DNA from: Parasitella parasitica NRRL 2501 | Taxonomy: Eukaryota > Fungi > Mucoromycota | Length of the DNA stretch: 64,000 nucleotides | Assembly (NCBI GenBank): GCA_025201805.1 | Contig: MU619270.1 | Location: forward strand, 100,172-164,171 | Reading direction: 5' to 3' | Shown here: one piece after another, positions 11,845-25,200 of the stretch | Layout of the letters: every line of letters starts with the position of its first letter | Position numbering within the stretch: the first letter of the stretch is position 1 | Notes under the pieces: model-generated | Seen by the model: only the letters and a program-made list of their open reading frames with translations | Database searches by the model: none | What the model was told of the DNA's origin: nothing | Position numbers and translations under genes: made by a program

Positions 11845-11876
<32 letters not shown>

Positions 11877-12074
11877 CGTATATTTGTGCGATCAGATTCA
11901 CTTTGGCATCTCCGAACCAAGAGACAAAGATCGCACATTAACTTATGACAACAGAACATTCGACTTGAGTCGCAAACAAAAGAACAGTAGCCAAGAGCCG
12001 CAAGGAATCTCGTATATTGTGATCGTCATTCTATTGATTAAAAAGCGATCAACGCTTTTATTTCTAGAATTGAT

Positions 12075-13855
12075 TTATACGTAATCATATAAAAAAGTGA
12101 ATACTCGTTGGATCGTAGTGCCATACGAATAAGATAAAGACGACGGTAGCAAACTCTGGGTAGTAGATTGAACATTTGTCTCTTTTAGCTGAGCTCCCGC
12201 GTCAAACTTTGTTTTAATGGCAATGGCTCCAACATTAATTTTTAGACTTTTCAAAGAATTAGATATAATGGCAATTCGGGGAAACTTGTTATAATATCCT
12301 GATAGACAGCTTTGCGAGATTTGTTCACTGAGAGTAGATATACCGGGCATTAGGAGATGATAGGAATTTTGTGGAGCATCGTTCTTTTCTGTAATCAGGA
12401 GAATCTTTTGATCGTCAAGATACTTTTTTTTCGAGCTGGGCGTTTCAAGTATTGATAAAGTTTCAAAATTTGTTTGAGGAAAGGATATATACAGTAATGG
12501 CCTTTTTCATAGGAACAGCAAGTATTGATAGTCAAGTGCCTCAAATTTGGAGCAGATTGAGCAACCTTTTCACAGAGCGCTTCACTGATCTCTTCATCGC
12601 ATAAAAATTCCAAACTAGTTAATTTGTCCAAGCTGTCAAATGGGATAATGTCATTCAATTTGTCTACTAATGATTTTTCGCTTTGATGACTATCCGAATA
12701 ACCTATATAGTTTGTTTCTAATTGCTCAAACGAGCCGATAAACGATATGGTGTCCTTACAGACAGGTGGGACATGTCCATGTATTTGGAAATTGAACGTT
12801 GTGACCCCAGTGTTGCTACATTTAGTTACATCTAACAACCCTTGCCAAAAACTATCAGAATGATGCTGAATTTTTACTTGGTTTGTTGGACTTTTCAAGT
12901 CTAGAAGCAGATCCTTGAAATGCTCCATCTTGAATATATCTGGAACAATTAATTGAACTGTGCTTATATCTTTGACCGCATCTACAATGCGCTTGGAAGA
13001 GTTTTCGAGATATGTAATAGTTGCTTTGGATACATTGGGATACTTGTATACAAGGTACTCTATCATGTGAGGGTCTTCTAGTTTTCCTACTTTAAATATA
13101 CGCAGGCTTGAAACTTGTTTTACTTTACTTGAAAGCCATTTCTTGAATTCAGCTTTCTCCATGGAACATTCAACAGTAGAACCCCATGTGAATTCCAGAA
13201 TCTCCAGATGCTTACATTTGTTAAGAATATTTTCCAGTTCCATGAAATTGGTAGACCCATTATCAGAACAAGCCAGACCATAAAGATCTAAAGCGAGTTT
13301 GTTTAGGCTTTTGAACTCGTCCAGACGAGTGACGATTGATTGCGATGACCCAGAAATTTCAAATGGTAAAAAGGAAACGCTTAGCTCTCTCAGTGAATCT
13401 TTGAAATGAAGCATTGCATCAAAATATTTGTTGTTTGTTGTATATAGCTTGGGTAATGCTTGAAGTCTATCAAATTTGCTTGATTTGTGTTGAGTAATAC
13501 CAAGAAAATGATTGAATAGCGTTTGACTCATCTTGCCTTGAAAGTATTTGATATTTGGTGTTAACGCTAGGTCAAGTACCAATTTTTGTAATGGCAGATT
13601 CAAGTCATCCATATATGATAGGTATATTTTATTGATAAACTGAGCGAGCTGTGGTTTCATTTTTAAATGGTAATGAAACTGAGCGATGTTCTTTCTTGTT
13701 AATTTCAACTTTTGACCGAACATTGCTACCTCGGCAAGAGGATTCCACTGCTTACAAGTTAGCCGACAATTAGCTAGTCCATTTACTGATCCAACTAGAT
13801 CAAATATGATGAACCACAGTTCGGTAGGCAAAGTTTGGCAAAAAGCATACTTCAT
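12075..13855 (-). pseudogene. F-box/LRR-like protein, paralog 1, frameshifted near 12485-12491 (pseudogene, truncated allele or assembly error)
   Basis: ATG at 13855 with F-box-like LPTELWFIIF..LANCRLTCKQW. The C-terminus homologous to paralog 2 (ISFPQ..QKILLITEKNDAPQNSYHLLMPG..SEQISQ..LKINVGAIAIKTKFD) lies in another frame and ends at 12075. Confidence 0.75.
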
Positions 13856-13932
13856 TTTTTGCTTTGAATACTTGTATTTGCAATTATATATGCAAAAGAA
13901 AAAAACCCCATTTTGTTGTTTTCCGCAACTTG

Positions 13933-13964
<32 letters not shown>

Positions 13965-14765
13965 ATCAAGTAAATGAACACTAAGAGCTAGCTCAAACTT
14001 GACAAAGGCGTTATCGTTGCCTATTATATTTATTTCAATATTATTCAAAACAATGAATTTTCACAATGAACAATTTTATAGAACGTAGTGGCAATTGATT
14101 TCCATCTTGGAATGATTTATTGTGGCCATTCAAGTTTAAAGATATACTGAATGCTTTTGTGCTGAAGCACAATGCCATTTGACTAACTTCAACTTTGTGC
14201 AAAATTTATCAGCCAAAAGGCCCATCAGTAACTTGAACCTATAAAAACTGATATTATGGGTATAACTTAATATTAAAGGGCGTTGCTGTTCGCGCAATCA
14301 ATTATTACTTGATGTGCAATTGGGCATAAATGGCGATTCCAAACCGTTGTGAAGAACTGAGAATGATACCAGAGATCTACCTTCCATGAGTATAATAGCC
14401 CCGAGAAATAATATATCGAAGGATAGCCTTATAGACCAAAGGCTTCTTTAAGTAGTCAACCCAATGTTCTTTTTTTTAAAACTGCTGATAAAGACGGTCT
14501 TTCATGGCAGAGATGATTTTCATCACATTGATAAAAAAGATAGATTTAAAATAAAAATAAAAAAAAAAGCATAAGGTGTTTATTCATAAATTTAAAACAT
14601 GTTCATGTATAAAAAATGCCCATGTAAACGATGTATGTAAGGCCATATAAATATAATCATAGTATTATCTGCATAGAGTCAAACGAATGAAAGTGGATCA
14701 CATAAAAACAATCAAAATATTCGCATATGTTCATAAGAGTTGTTTAACCTTTGATTTTCAAAGGA

Positions 14766-16601
14766 TTAATTTCGGTCGATTTGAAACTCTTTGTCAAACT
14801 TCACGTTAATGACAAGGGCACCAAGATTAATTTTCAAGCAGTTCAAAGACTTAAACGTAAGGCGGATCACCGGAATGTTTCTAAGATCATCTGGAACATC
14901 TCTCTGAGATATTTGCTCACATCGAGAGGGCGCACCGGGTGTCAAGAAATAGTAGTTTCCATGTGGAGCATTGGTTTTTTGCGTTACCAATAGAACCTTT
15001 TGAACCTGAGAACATTTATCTGTTGAACAAAATCGTCTGACCAAAGACACCGCTTCAAGATCTACTTCGGGAAGAGATATAATATGCTCTTCATCATAGC
15101 AGAAGCAAGTGCCCAGGGTTAAGCTCTTTAAATCGGGAACTGGATTGTAAGCAATTTCTTCACAGATATCTTCATTGGTCTTTTCGTCGCTGAAGAGTTC
15201 CAAGCTAGTCAATTTGTTCAACTGATCAAATGGAATTATCTGCATCAATTCACAAAATTCTTCACTGGCAGTAGGCTGCTCAGTATTGTCCAATCTTCCC
15301 ATTAAAGGATGTCCAGTTTCATCAAATCTTCTTGAGGTAGGCTGCTCAAAGTCTTCGTCGTCTATTTCATCGATAAACTCCGTAGGGTAATCGATATAGT
15401 TTATTCCCAAGTGAGACACTGGCGAAACAGACAACATAATTTCTTTGTGGATTGCCTGAGCATATCCATTTACTAGGATATTGAAGTGTGTGGTTCCAGT
15501 GCTTTTAAATTTGGTTATTTCCAATAATCCATTTCCAGAGGTATTTTCCAAACGCTGCAGAATACGCAATTGATTTGTTGCACTCTTCATTCTTCGAAGC
15601 AAATTCATGAGACCTTGGTAAAGATCCGTATTTGAATTGAGACTTTCAACGTTAGGCATATATCCAATCACTTGAAACATGTCAATATTCTTCACTTCCT
15701 CCATAATGCGATCAGAAAAGTCCTTGATATACCCAACAGTCATATTTGAAACGCTGGGATACTTGTATAAAAGATACTCTATTATAAGAGGGCTATATAC
15801 TGTACCGAGCTTCAATGTATGAACGTTTCGTACTTGTTGTACATTGTGGAGCTTAAGAAAATCCTTAAACTCCTTTTTTCCCATAGTGGTGGACCGGTAA
15901 TCCACGATTAAAGTAAGCGAGGTAAGATTTTTGGTACACTTGCTAAGAATATTGTCGATCTCAATGTATTCCATAGAGACTTCACGAAGGTGAGGCATGC
16001 CACAAAGGTCCAAACTGAGCTCAGTCAAGTTTTCGAATTCGTTCAGTCGAGGGATGACACATAAAGTTTGTTCAGGAATTTCAAAAGGGTACTTTACTAC
16101 GCTCAAATGTGTCAAAGATTCTTTGAAAAACAGGAGCGTCTTATAATAGTTAGGTCTTGTGGTGGAAGCACCAATTGGTCTTCTTCTAGAGAAATTCGGC
16201 AACGATTTCAGCCCACTTAGTTTGCTTGGTGAATTTTGAGCAATTTCCAAGAGATGGCCAAATAGTTCTTCGTTCATTTCGCCTTTCAAATATCTGATTT
16301 TGGATGTCAAAGCAATGTCGAGTAATTTCGTTTCCAATGGCAAGGAGAGAAAATCACAAACATAAATATCCTTGATGAATTCAGCCATCTTTGGATTTTT
16401 TTCCAAATGATAAATAAACTTGATGGTCTTCTCTACAGTTGTTAATTCTAAGTTTTGACCAAACATTACTTCCTCGGCATAAGGATTCCAATCTCTGCAA
16501 ACCAATCGGCAATTGCCTATCCATTTCACAGAATTGACTTGGTGAAATACCATGCACCATATTTCCAGAGGTAAGGTGAATTTTTCGTATGGGCGTTCCA
16601 T
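14766..16601 (-). CDS. F-box/LRR-like protein, paralog 2 (intact, intronless, about 611 aa)
   Basis: Likely ATG at 16601. F-box-like LPLEIWCMVF..IGNCRLVCRDW. Colinear similarity to paralog 1 (IEYLxYKYP, IIPFDxLxKLTSLE). Confidence 0.8.
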   Translation of the reverse strand: MERPYEKFTLPLEIWCMVFHQVNSVKWIGNCRLVCRDWNPYAEEVMFGQNLELTTVEKTIKFIYHLEKNPKMAEFIKDIYVCDFLSLPLETKLLDIALTSKIRYLKGEMNEELFGHLLEIAQNSPSKLSGLKSLPNFSRRRPIGASTTRPNYYKTLLFFKESLTHLSVVKYPFEIPEQTLCVIPRLNEFENLTELSLDLCGMPHLREVSMEYIEIDNILSKCTKNLTSLTLIVDYRSTTMGKKEFKDFLKLHNVQQVRNVHTLKLGTVYSPLIIEYLLYKYPSVSNMTVGYIKDFSDRIMEEVKNIDMFQVIGYMPNVESLNSNTDLYQGLMNLLRRMKSATNQLRILQRLENTSGNGLLEITKFKSTGTTHFNILVNGYAQAIHKEIMLSVSPVSHLGINYIDYPTEFIDEIDDEDFEQPTSRRFDETGHPLMGRLDNTEQPTASEEFCELMQIIPFDQLNKLTSLELFSDEKTNEDICEEIAYNPVPDLKSLTLGTCFCYDEEHIISLPEVDLEAVSLVRRFCSTDKCSQVQKVLLVTQKTNAPHGNYYFLTPGAPSRCEQISQRDVPDDLRNIPVIRLTFKSLNCLKINLGALVINVKFDKEFQIDRN

Positions 16602-17152
16602 TTTTGATTCGTATGTTTGATAAAGAAAAAAAAAGAAACTCTTCTGCATCTTTCCACCTCATTTATATACGAGGCCAAGCATATATTGATGGTAAGGCTG
16701 GATTAGAGCTTGAACTGGTCATCAGCATCCGTAAGCTGCTTACTGGGTATATTGTATTAATTGAGCATGATAATGAGCTTGATCTCATGACTTTTTGTAG
16801 TCAAATAACGTTGCTTAACCAAGGTGGCTATTATACTCGTATTACTATTATCAAGGCCTCGGGGTCTCTTATTTTCTGACATGTATCGTACCAGTGAAAA
16901 TTTCTTTTTTAGTAACCAATAGCGCAAGTATAATGCGTGGCTACCTATCTCCTTCATTATGCGACATATGTCACGGGCCTCTTTTACAGTAATTAGAAGT
17001 GTCTGTCTTTGGAAATATTCTCAAAATCTTTCCCTTGTAAGCAAAGTGGGAATGTTTTCTTTGAAGTATTTAACAAGATGCGTAATTTCAACGTTATATT
17101 CGATAGCTTTTCGCGCATTTTATTATCATATGTATACAGCTCAATCTCGTTA

Positions 17153-18164
17153 CTAATTGTCTTTGCTCTCATCATCTTCTTCATTCCCTTTGTCAAAGAG
17201 CTTAGGGCTCACTCGCATCCCCATTGTCAATTGTCCAGACTTTATAAAACATCGATTGTCAGTGTTTTTTCGGGGGGGGGGGAGAATAGATATGTATATA
17301 TATTTATATACTTACTGATATTGGGCAAGGGAAGTATGAGGACTGGTGAATAGTTGGCGATATCGCTATTCCTGCAATTCTAATTGTTGGGACTATGTCA
17401 TATTCAATGTAAAGATCCTCCTTATCAGAACCACCAAGCAAGCCACATTTAGAAGCAATGTCTGTAAGCATTGCATAACCTTCATCTTTAATTGGATCAT
17501 AATGTATTGAGAAAGGAAATGTAAAGTTGCTAATCCCGTACGATCTTATATTTACGTTGTAGATCTCACCACCCCCTACCGAAACTTTAGGAGCAGTAGG
17601 GTAGTAAGCCTATATATACAGCATGAGGATCTTTTACATTCTCATTCGCTCTATTTTGCTTACAATGGCTCGGATTGATTCAAAGGTTATACTTTCAATG
17701 TTGTCGTTTACAACACCAATTTTGAGACCAAAGTTAACGCTGAAAGCGAGAGTATTATTTGATTTCTCGAATGGAGCGTAACCATCAGGATGTTTTGTAG
17801 GCCCGTTAAAATCGACTTTGGGAATTTTGAATATGGCTGCCAGGACACCAACAATAATCAAAAATATGATGAACAACAAGAGCAGTGTACAACAGCCATA
17901 TCTTGCCCACATTGGCAGACAAGGACAGCAGATGCAGCACAAATAGTGTTTCAATGAGCGTCTTTTGTTCTCAATTTCACCTAAAAAGTGGTATAATGGT
18001 TAACATAGCAACACTTTGAAAAAATCCTTACCATCAGGCACTTGCTCAAAATGCTCTACGGCTGTCTTTTCATCTTTTCTTACGAAATAGTGGTCATTAT
18101 GTTGCTGATCTGACATGAAACTGCTATCTGCAGTCGTTATAGGCGGTGGCTGATTAAAATTCAT
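17153..18164 (-). CDS. Single-pass membrane protein with LEA_2/WHy-like luminal domain, 4 exons
   Basis: Exons 18164-18032, 17980-17664, 17609-17316 and 17239-17153 splice in frame. A Cys-rich segment (CCICCPC..GCC) precedes one TM helix, followed by a beta-rich domain (NFGLKIGVVNDN..AYYP..VGGG..FTFPF..KCG..FPCP). The last exon is less certain. Confidence 0.7.
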
Positions 18165-19238
18165 TCGCCTTCAAATATGAATCGAGGTTAAAAGAGCAAG
18201 AAAAATGAAACGCATTTTATAATTTGTGATGAACTGAAAGTGATGATCTGCTTGCATTCAACATGCAGCCAAGTATCAAATCTGCACAAGCAGTGAAGCT
18301 ATATAGATAGCCAAAATCGATTTTTAAAATCGGGCTCAAGTGTATAATACATCAAATGTTTTCCTTGTCCGCGCTTTGGTTTGAGAAGAACGCCTTTGAT
18401 ACGAAAGAGTATGTTCATTTATACCATTTTGGCATTGCGCTGCATGTCAGTGTATTGATATGCATAGCAATTTTGTAATGCTGTGTTTCCACCCTCACTT
18501 TACGAAAACTCTGCCTACTTTTCAGAGCTATTTTTGGCATGTGTGTAAAAACAGCCATTTTCCGAAGAGCCCACAAGTCGTCCTGAATAATTGAGCTAGC
18601 CTGTTCAAATGATTGAAGCTAACTTGCCCCGCATTTTAAATATAGATGAACTATAGTTTACAGATTATTTTGACTAGCTTCTGGCAAGGTTTTGGCTAGC
18701 TGATTAATAATTTAGGGATTACATTGTTCGAAAATTAGATGAAGTCTCTATAGCATCTCCAATGGTGCATCAGATCACAAACAAATCACAACCTTGGAAT
18801 ATTTTAAACGGTAGAAAAGAATGAGCAAGATTATTTCTAGGTTCAATTGGAGAAATAATACCAAACCCTTTCTCATTATGGCACTCATAACGCTTCTCAT
18901 TATAGCTCTTTGTTAGATTCGGAATGCTATTACAAGAAAAGCTGTACTCATTAAACAGGTGAAGACAGATAGCCTTTTATGGAAACTTTCTTACAAGTAC
19001 CCCACTGGTAAATGAAGTGTATAATCCACGTCCGTGTTTTTTGAAAATCTTTTTTTTTTTTTTTCTACAAGGAACTGATACAGTGCTTTGTTGTACATAT
19101 AACATATATCTCAATTCTATATAATTTTAAATACTCTTTTCTCTTCAACATACACTGTTTTCATGTACTAACACCCCATCAAATTATAACCTTGATTAGA
19201 CATACAAAAGTACACTTGACGGAAACATATCAAGCAAA

Positions 19239-22200
19239 ATGACAACCTTACAAGTCTATGCTCATAGACTAGCCGACGCAAATTTAGGTACGCAGAAAAA
19301 TCTATATAGCATTTTATCACTTTAACTCACTCCAAATTAGCCATTAATCTGAAAGTTACTATTGCGAACGAATTGAGAGACCAAGTAGAGGTGTTCCAGA
19401 CAGCAGAGTACCCTAAATTTCTGTCGACGCTTGTACCAATATTTCTTGATATCCTTCAAAACGACCAGCCTGTTTTCATCAGCAATGCACCTGAACAAGT
19501 AATTGTGCAAAAAATAATAAATAGGGTAGAAGACTCACTTTTTTTCTGCTTTTTATCTGATAGAAATTAAGAAACATTATACTAGAAATCATTTATCGAC
19601 TACCACAAACTGAGGCATTGAAGGAATATGTACCAGAATTATGCAAAGCGTTAATGAAGATTTTACGCGTAGAGAATGAAGATAACGCTGTGGTTTGCGT
19701 GAAAATCATCATTGATTTGCACAGATCATTTCGACAAGTATTGGAAGACCAGGTCCAGCCGTTCCTCGAGATTGTACAAGAGATATTTCAAAATATGGAG
19801 CAGACGGTGAAAGATGCATTCGATAATCCTGATATCACTACAGTAAGTTGCCCCAGAGTCCCACACATCACACATTGCCCCAGTGCTGATTCAAAAAATA
19901 GCCTTTGTCAGCAGTATCTCCTAGGCCAATGTCTCCAGCCGCCGATACACCAGAGACACCAACAAAAGTTCTGGCCAAGAGCATGTTTAGCTTCAAAGTC
20001 TTGACAGAATGCCCGATTATAGTTGTATTGCTCTTTCAATCCTACCGACGATCCGCAGCAGACAATATCATGAAATTCATACCGCTAATTTTTCAGGTAC
20101 AATTTTGTTTTCAGAGCTTTGGAAAGAGAGGGGCATTAGGACTAAATCTCTTGCTGCATATATTTAGACGTTGAGCCTGCAAGCCGCGCCTCAAATGGAA
20201 GCTGCTAATGCTGCACTTGCAAGGGGAGAGGTCTTTGTGGGTGTCAGTCCAGCTATCAAACAGCGAGGTCTCTACAATGAGTTCATTGTGGCCCAGGTCA
20301 AGACAATGTCGTTTTTGGCCTACATCTTGAGGAGCTATACAACACTCTTACGACCTTATCAAAACAAAATACCTGATTTTGTATTGCGATTATTGAGAGA
20401 ATGTCCAGCTGAATCATCCTCGACAAGAAAGGAGCTGCTTGTGGCCACCAGACACATTCTATCAACAGATTTCCGCACATCATTTGTACCCAAGATCGAT
20501 CTGCTATTAAACGAAAAAGTGCTGATAGGTTCAGGCGTTACAGCCCACGACACATTGCGACCCTTGGCTTACAGCATGCTGGCAGATCTCATACATCACA
20601 TTCGCGCAGAGCTGTCAGCATTTCAGTTGTCTCGCACCATTTACATCTACTCTCGCAACCTTCACGATGCCACGCTAGCTCCCAGCATCCAGACAATGTG
20701 CGGAAAACTACTTCTCAACTTAATAGACTGTATCATGAAGATCCCTGATAAGTCGGAAGGAAGGGAGCTGCTGATGCGTATTTTGGACGCTTTTGCAAGC
20801 AAATTTGAAGCCTTGAACATCCAATTCGGCTCTTGTGTAAAGCAGTACAAGAAGAGGAATGCAGCTGCCAAGAAAGGCGATGAAATGGAGCAGGACGACT
20901 TCACAGAGGTTGACTTTGATCGTGCGCGCTCCATCCACACAGTATCTTTCCTGTCTGAGCCGACACACGACGGAATTAAAGACGGCAGATTTCTGTTTAA
21001 GAATCTGGCAATTGGACTAAAGCCTTTGTTCATCGGCCTTCGCCATTGCAATCCGCCGCCGCCACAGGGACAGGACATCAACCCCCAGCTATACGCACAG
21101 TTTGCCCGTGGATTTTCACAGGACGACGTACAGCTGTTTGTTCGATTGTTTAGGGAGGGTCTCAAATGCTTCGAATACTACAACGTCGATAATTACGGAG
21201 ACGATGGATCTCTGCCTGATTATTCACCACTGCAGGAGGAGCTGTCCAAGGACAATTGGACCATCGGATCCACAGAAACGTGCCTGAAGCTGAACGTTCA
21301 GCAAAACGGAGAAAAGGAAGTATTAGACACATTTCCCATCGTCTTTACGCTGCTTGATCCGGCTATATTCCAGGAGCTCTTTGCGTCGCAGATTGACTTT
21401 TTCTACGATCGCATGCTTATCAACACCTCACTGTTGCACTTGTCGCAGTACTTTTTGGTCAACGAGATCACAACACAAGGATTCGCTGGCATTTTGTTTA
21501 GGTTTTTGGTAGATCGCATCGATGATCTAGGTCAGGATAATCTTCACTACTCGGCTGTCATGCTTCATTTGTTCAGATTAGCGTTTATGGCTGTCAACCT
21601 GTTTCCCGACTCCAATGAGGGCATTCTGCAGCCTTATCTGGCCAATTTGGTCATGTCCTGCTTCAAGCTGGCTGCCAAGGCCAAAGAGCCTGCCAACTAC
21701 TTTTTGTTATTACGGGCTCTGTTCAAGAGCATCGGTGGCGGCAGATTTGAGTTGCTCTACAAAGAGGTCTCCCCTCTACTGCAGGTAATCCTCGAAAATC
21801 TCAATGCACTGCTCTCCCTGGCTCACAAAACAGACATGCGCAACTTGTTTGTGGAGCTTTGCTTGGCCGTTCCTGTGCGTCTTAGCACCTTGTTGCCGTA
21901 TCTTCCCTACTTGATGCGCCCTCTAGTCATTGCTCTGCAAGCAGATCAAGACCTCGTATCGCAAGGTCTACGTACAATGGAGCTCTGTAACGACAATTTG
22001 AACCCTGAATTCTTGGACCACATCATGGCCCCCGTCATGTCTGAATTGATGGATGCGCTTTGGAAACATTTGAAGCCTCTTCCCTACAATCAGCAGCACA
22101 GCCATGCAGCAATGCGGATTCTGGGTAAACTAGGCGGTCGTAATCGTCGCATGCTCAAGAGTCCACCCAAGCTAGGCTTCAATGCGCGCATCGAGAGTGG

Positions 22201-25200
22201 CATTTCGCTTGAAGTCGTGTTTGAGCCAAGTCCTACGCCACACACGCTTCCACTGGACAAGTGCCTGGAGATTGCTATCCATGCATTGACAACAGCGGAA
22301 ACCGATATTGTCTACAAGAAGCACGCATACAATTTCTTAAAGACCCATTTGGTTTTAATGTTGGAACTGGACGAAGGGCCTAACGATTTAGCAGAAACTT
22401 TGTATAAACGAGTAAAAGAGCAGTTTACTGATCGTCCGTCTGACGAAGAGAATTCAGCGACAACAGCTCCAGCAGCAGCAGCAGCAGCGACAACGGAGGC
22501 AACCACTCCTACATCTGCTACCCTCGTCACGCAGAATATGGGCCGCATTACAGTGGATGAAGACAGTTCCGTGGTTGGAAACATGTTGAATGAATCAGGC
22601 ATGAAACCCAAACGACTTGCCGGTAATGGCTACACCAAGTATGTGTCCAAGCGAGTTGCTCAGGAGGAAGCGCTTCGCTCTATCCTGGTCTCTGTCATGT
22701 CTGCATCCATCATTCCTGAGTTGAGTGATGACGCCTGGAGCTTCTTTTTGAACATCTGCCGCCATTTCACACTGTTGCATATTGGAGAGGCCATTGAAGC
22801 TAAAGAAAATGGCCGCAAGCCATTAGCCAACATGATGGACGAACGCCTCACTGTACAGCATTTGAACACGACTATCCTCGTGGAGGCTATTGTCGAGATT
22901 ATGTCCTCATCTCAAGTCCAGCTCCGTGGGCGCGGCCAAGAAGCACTGCATGCTTGCTACGACGTGGCTACTGCGATTTTTGGCTCCAAGGAAAACGTGG
23001 ATCAGTTGCCTATCTTTAGAGTGTTTGCATCGCAATTCTGCTCGTGCTGCTACAAGCCGGAATGGTTCAAAAAACGAGGCGGATGTCTTGGTATCTCCAT
23101 CATGAGTTCGCAACTGGATATGGGCACTAAATGGATGCGCGAGCATGAGCTTGATTTCATTCGTTCTCTGCTCTTTGTCCTCAAGGACGCTGCACCAGAA
23201 ATGACCAATGTCAATACAGAAGAAGCTACACAAACATTATCTCATGTGCTCAAAGTCTGTAACGGCCCTGAAGACGGCGAATCTGCGGAAGCGCAGCAGA
23301 AATTCCAAAATCTTATCACCCTGCTGCTCAGTGAACTGTCCAACTCCAACAGCACTGTCCGTGAGACTATCCAGTCTTCGTTTCAGCTGCTCGCTGATAT
23401 GACAGGCAACGAGGTGACGGAACTGCTGGCTCCTGTCCGCGAACGGCTTGTGGCTCCCATTTTTGCTAAACCTTTAAGAGCACTGCCATTTGCCATGCAG
23501 ATCGGCCATATTGATGCCATCACGTACTGCTTGACACTGCGTCCCCCCTTTTTGGAATTCAACGACGAGCTGACACGTTTACTCCACGAAGCTCTTGCGC
23601 TGGCTGACGCTGAGGACCAAGCACTTGTAAGCCGCAGTTCCCAGTATAAAAATACCACATCGCTAATGAACCTGCGTATCGTCTGCATCAAACTCTTGTC
23701 TGCTGCGCTCGCATGTTCTGACTTCTCAAGTCAGCGACAAACCCATACCCGTGCTCGTATCATCCAGGTATTTTTCAAATCCTTGTATTCTAAATCGCCC
23801 GAAGTCGTGGAGGCTGCTCACCGAGGCCTGAAGCAAGTCCTGGCTCAACAACATAAACTCCCCAAGGAGCTTCTGCAGCAAGGCTTGCGTCCAATTTTAA
23901 CCACCCTGTCCAACCACAAAACGCTCAGCGTTGCTGGCCTGGAGGGCCTGGCAAGGTTACTGGAGCTGCTGACAAACTACTTTAAAGTTGAAATTGGTAA
24001 AAAACTGCTTGATCATCTAAAGCAATGGGCAGAACCCAAGGTGCTCCAAGAAGCTGCTGGAAAGCCATTGAGCGAGAATCATGAAATCAAGATTATCGTT
24101 GCCATCCTCAACATCTTTCATCTACTCCCTGCTGCCGCCCATATCTTTTTAGACGATCTAATCACCGTTGTGCTCGAAATGGAGGGCCATTTGCGCAGAT
24201 CAGTGTCGAGCCCATTCAGACCAAACCTGATCAAATACCTCAACAGATATCCTACAGAGACTGTAGACTATTTTTACAAGAAACTGGACGATCCTAAATG
24301 CTGCCAGCTGCTTATCGACATTTTGAACATGGAAAACGCATCGCGGCTGCGTGATCAAGTAGCTAGCACGTCCACTGAGCTGACCAGCAAGATATTCCAA
24401 GCGCTAGAGCCGTCTGACAGTGTCGTCAGTGTGCTTCATTATCGCGGCGTCATGATTGTGCACACGCTCATCAGCTACAACCCTGAATATCTCACTGTGC
24501 ACAGAGAAGTGCTGGACTCTCTGCTGGAACTGTGGCGCAATCGACCAAAAAACACACTGTCTCCACAGCAAAAGGCGCAGGAGCAGCAAAGCCTGATTGT
24601 TACGCGCGAACTGCTCTTGTTAACCAAGATCTTTGTCGAGTATCTCGAGAAAAACAGCGACGAAATCGACATTGTGTTTGACCTTGTTTCTTTGTTTGCC
24701 CAAGAATCCGTGGTGGATTTATCCTTTTTGCAAAAGTTCTTGCTGGAGAAGGTGGCACTGGAGTCGTCTGCAAAACAGAAGCGCCGCATCCTTGAGAAAT
24801 TCTTAGAAATGTTTACTGACAGCTCTGTTTCATCCTATCTCAAGATGATGGCTCTGCGTCAAATTGTGAACCCTGCATTGCTTGCTTCTTTTGTTCGTAA
24901 AAACAGCGAATACACAGAGATCCTGGATGCTGCCATGATGGAGCAGCTGCTGGAAAAGATTTGGACAAACCTCTTGATAGATTCAAATGAGGATGATCAA
25001 TACACAGAAGACTCGTTGCGGATCGAGCTGTTGCAAATGACAGCCATGATTGTGCAATACGCTCCCCAGTTGCTTGCTGACCGGCGAAAGGAGGTGATCA
25101 AGTTTGGCTGGAATTATCTGAGACTGGAAGACGCTGCTAGCAAGCAGGCTGCCTATGTACTTGTCGCGCATTTCATCGCAGCCTATGACACGCCCAGCAA

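Noticed and set aside
13856-13981. N-terminal extension of the 528-aa ORF (MFIYLIIYIYIY...)
   Set aside because: It runs through a (TA)n tract and promoter-like DNA from a non-ATG codon; paralog alignment supports the ATG at 13855.
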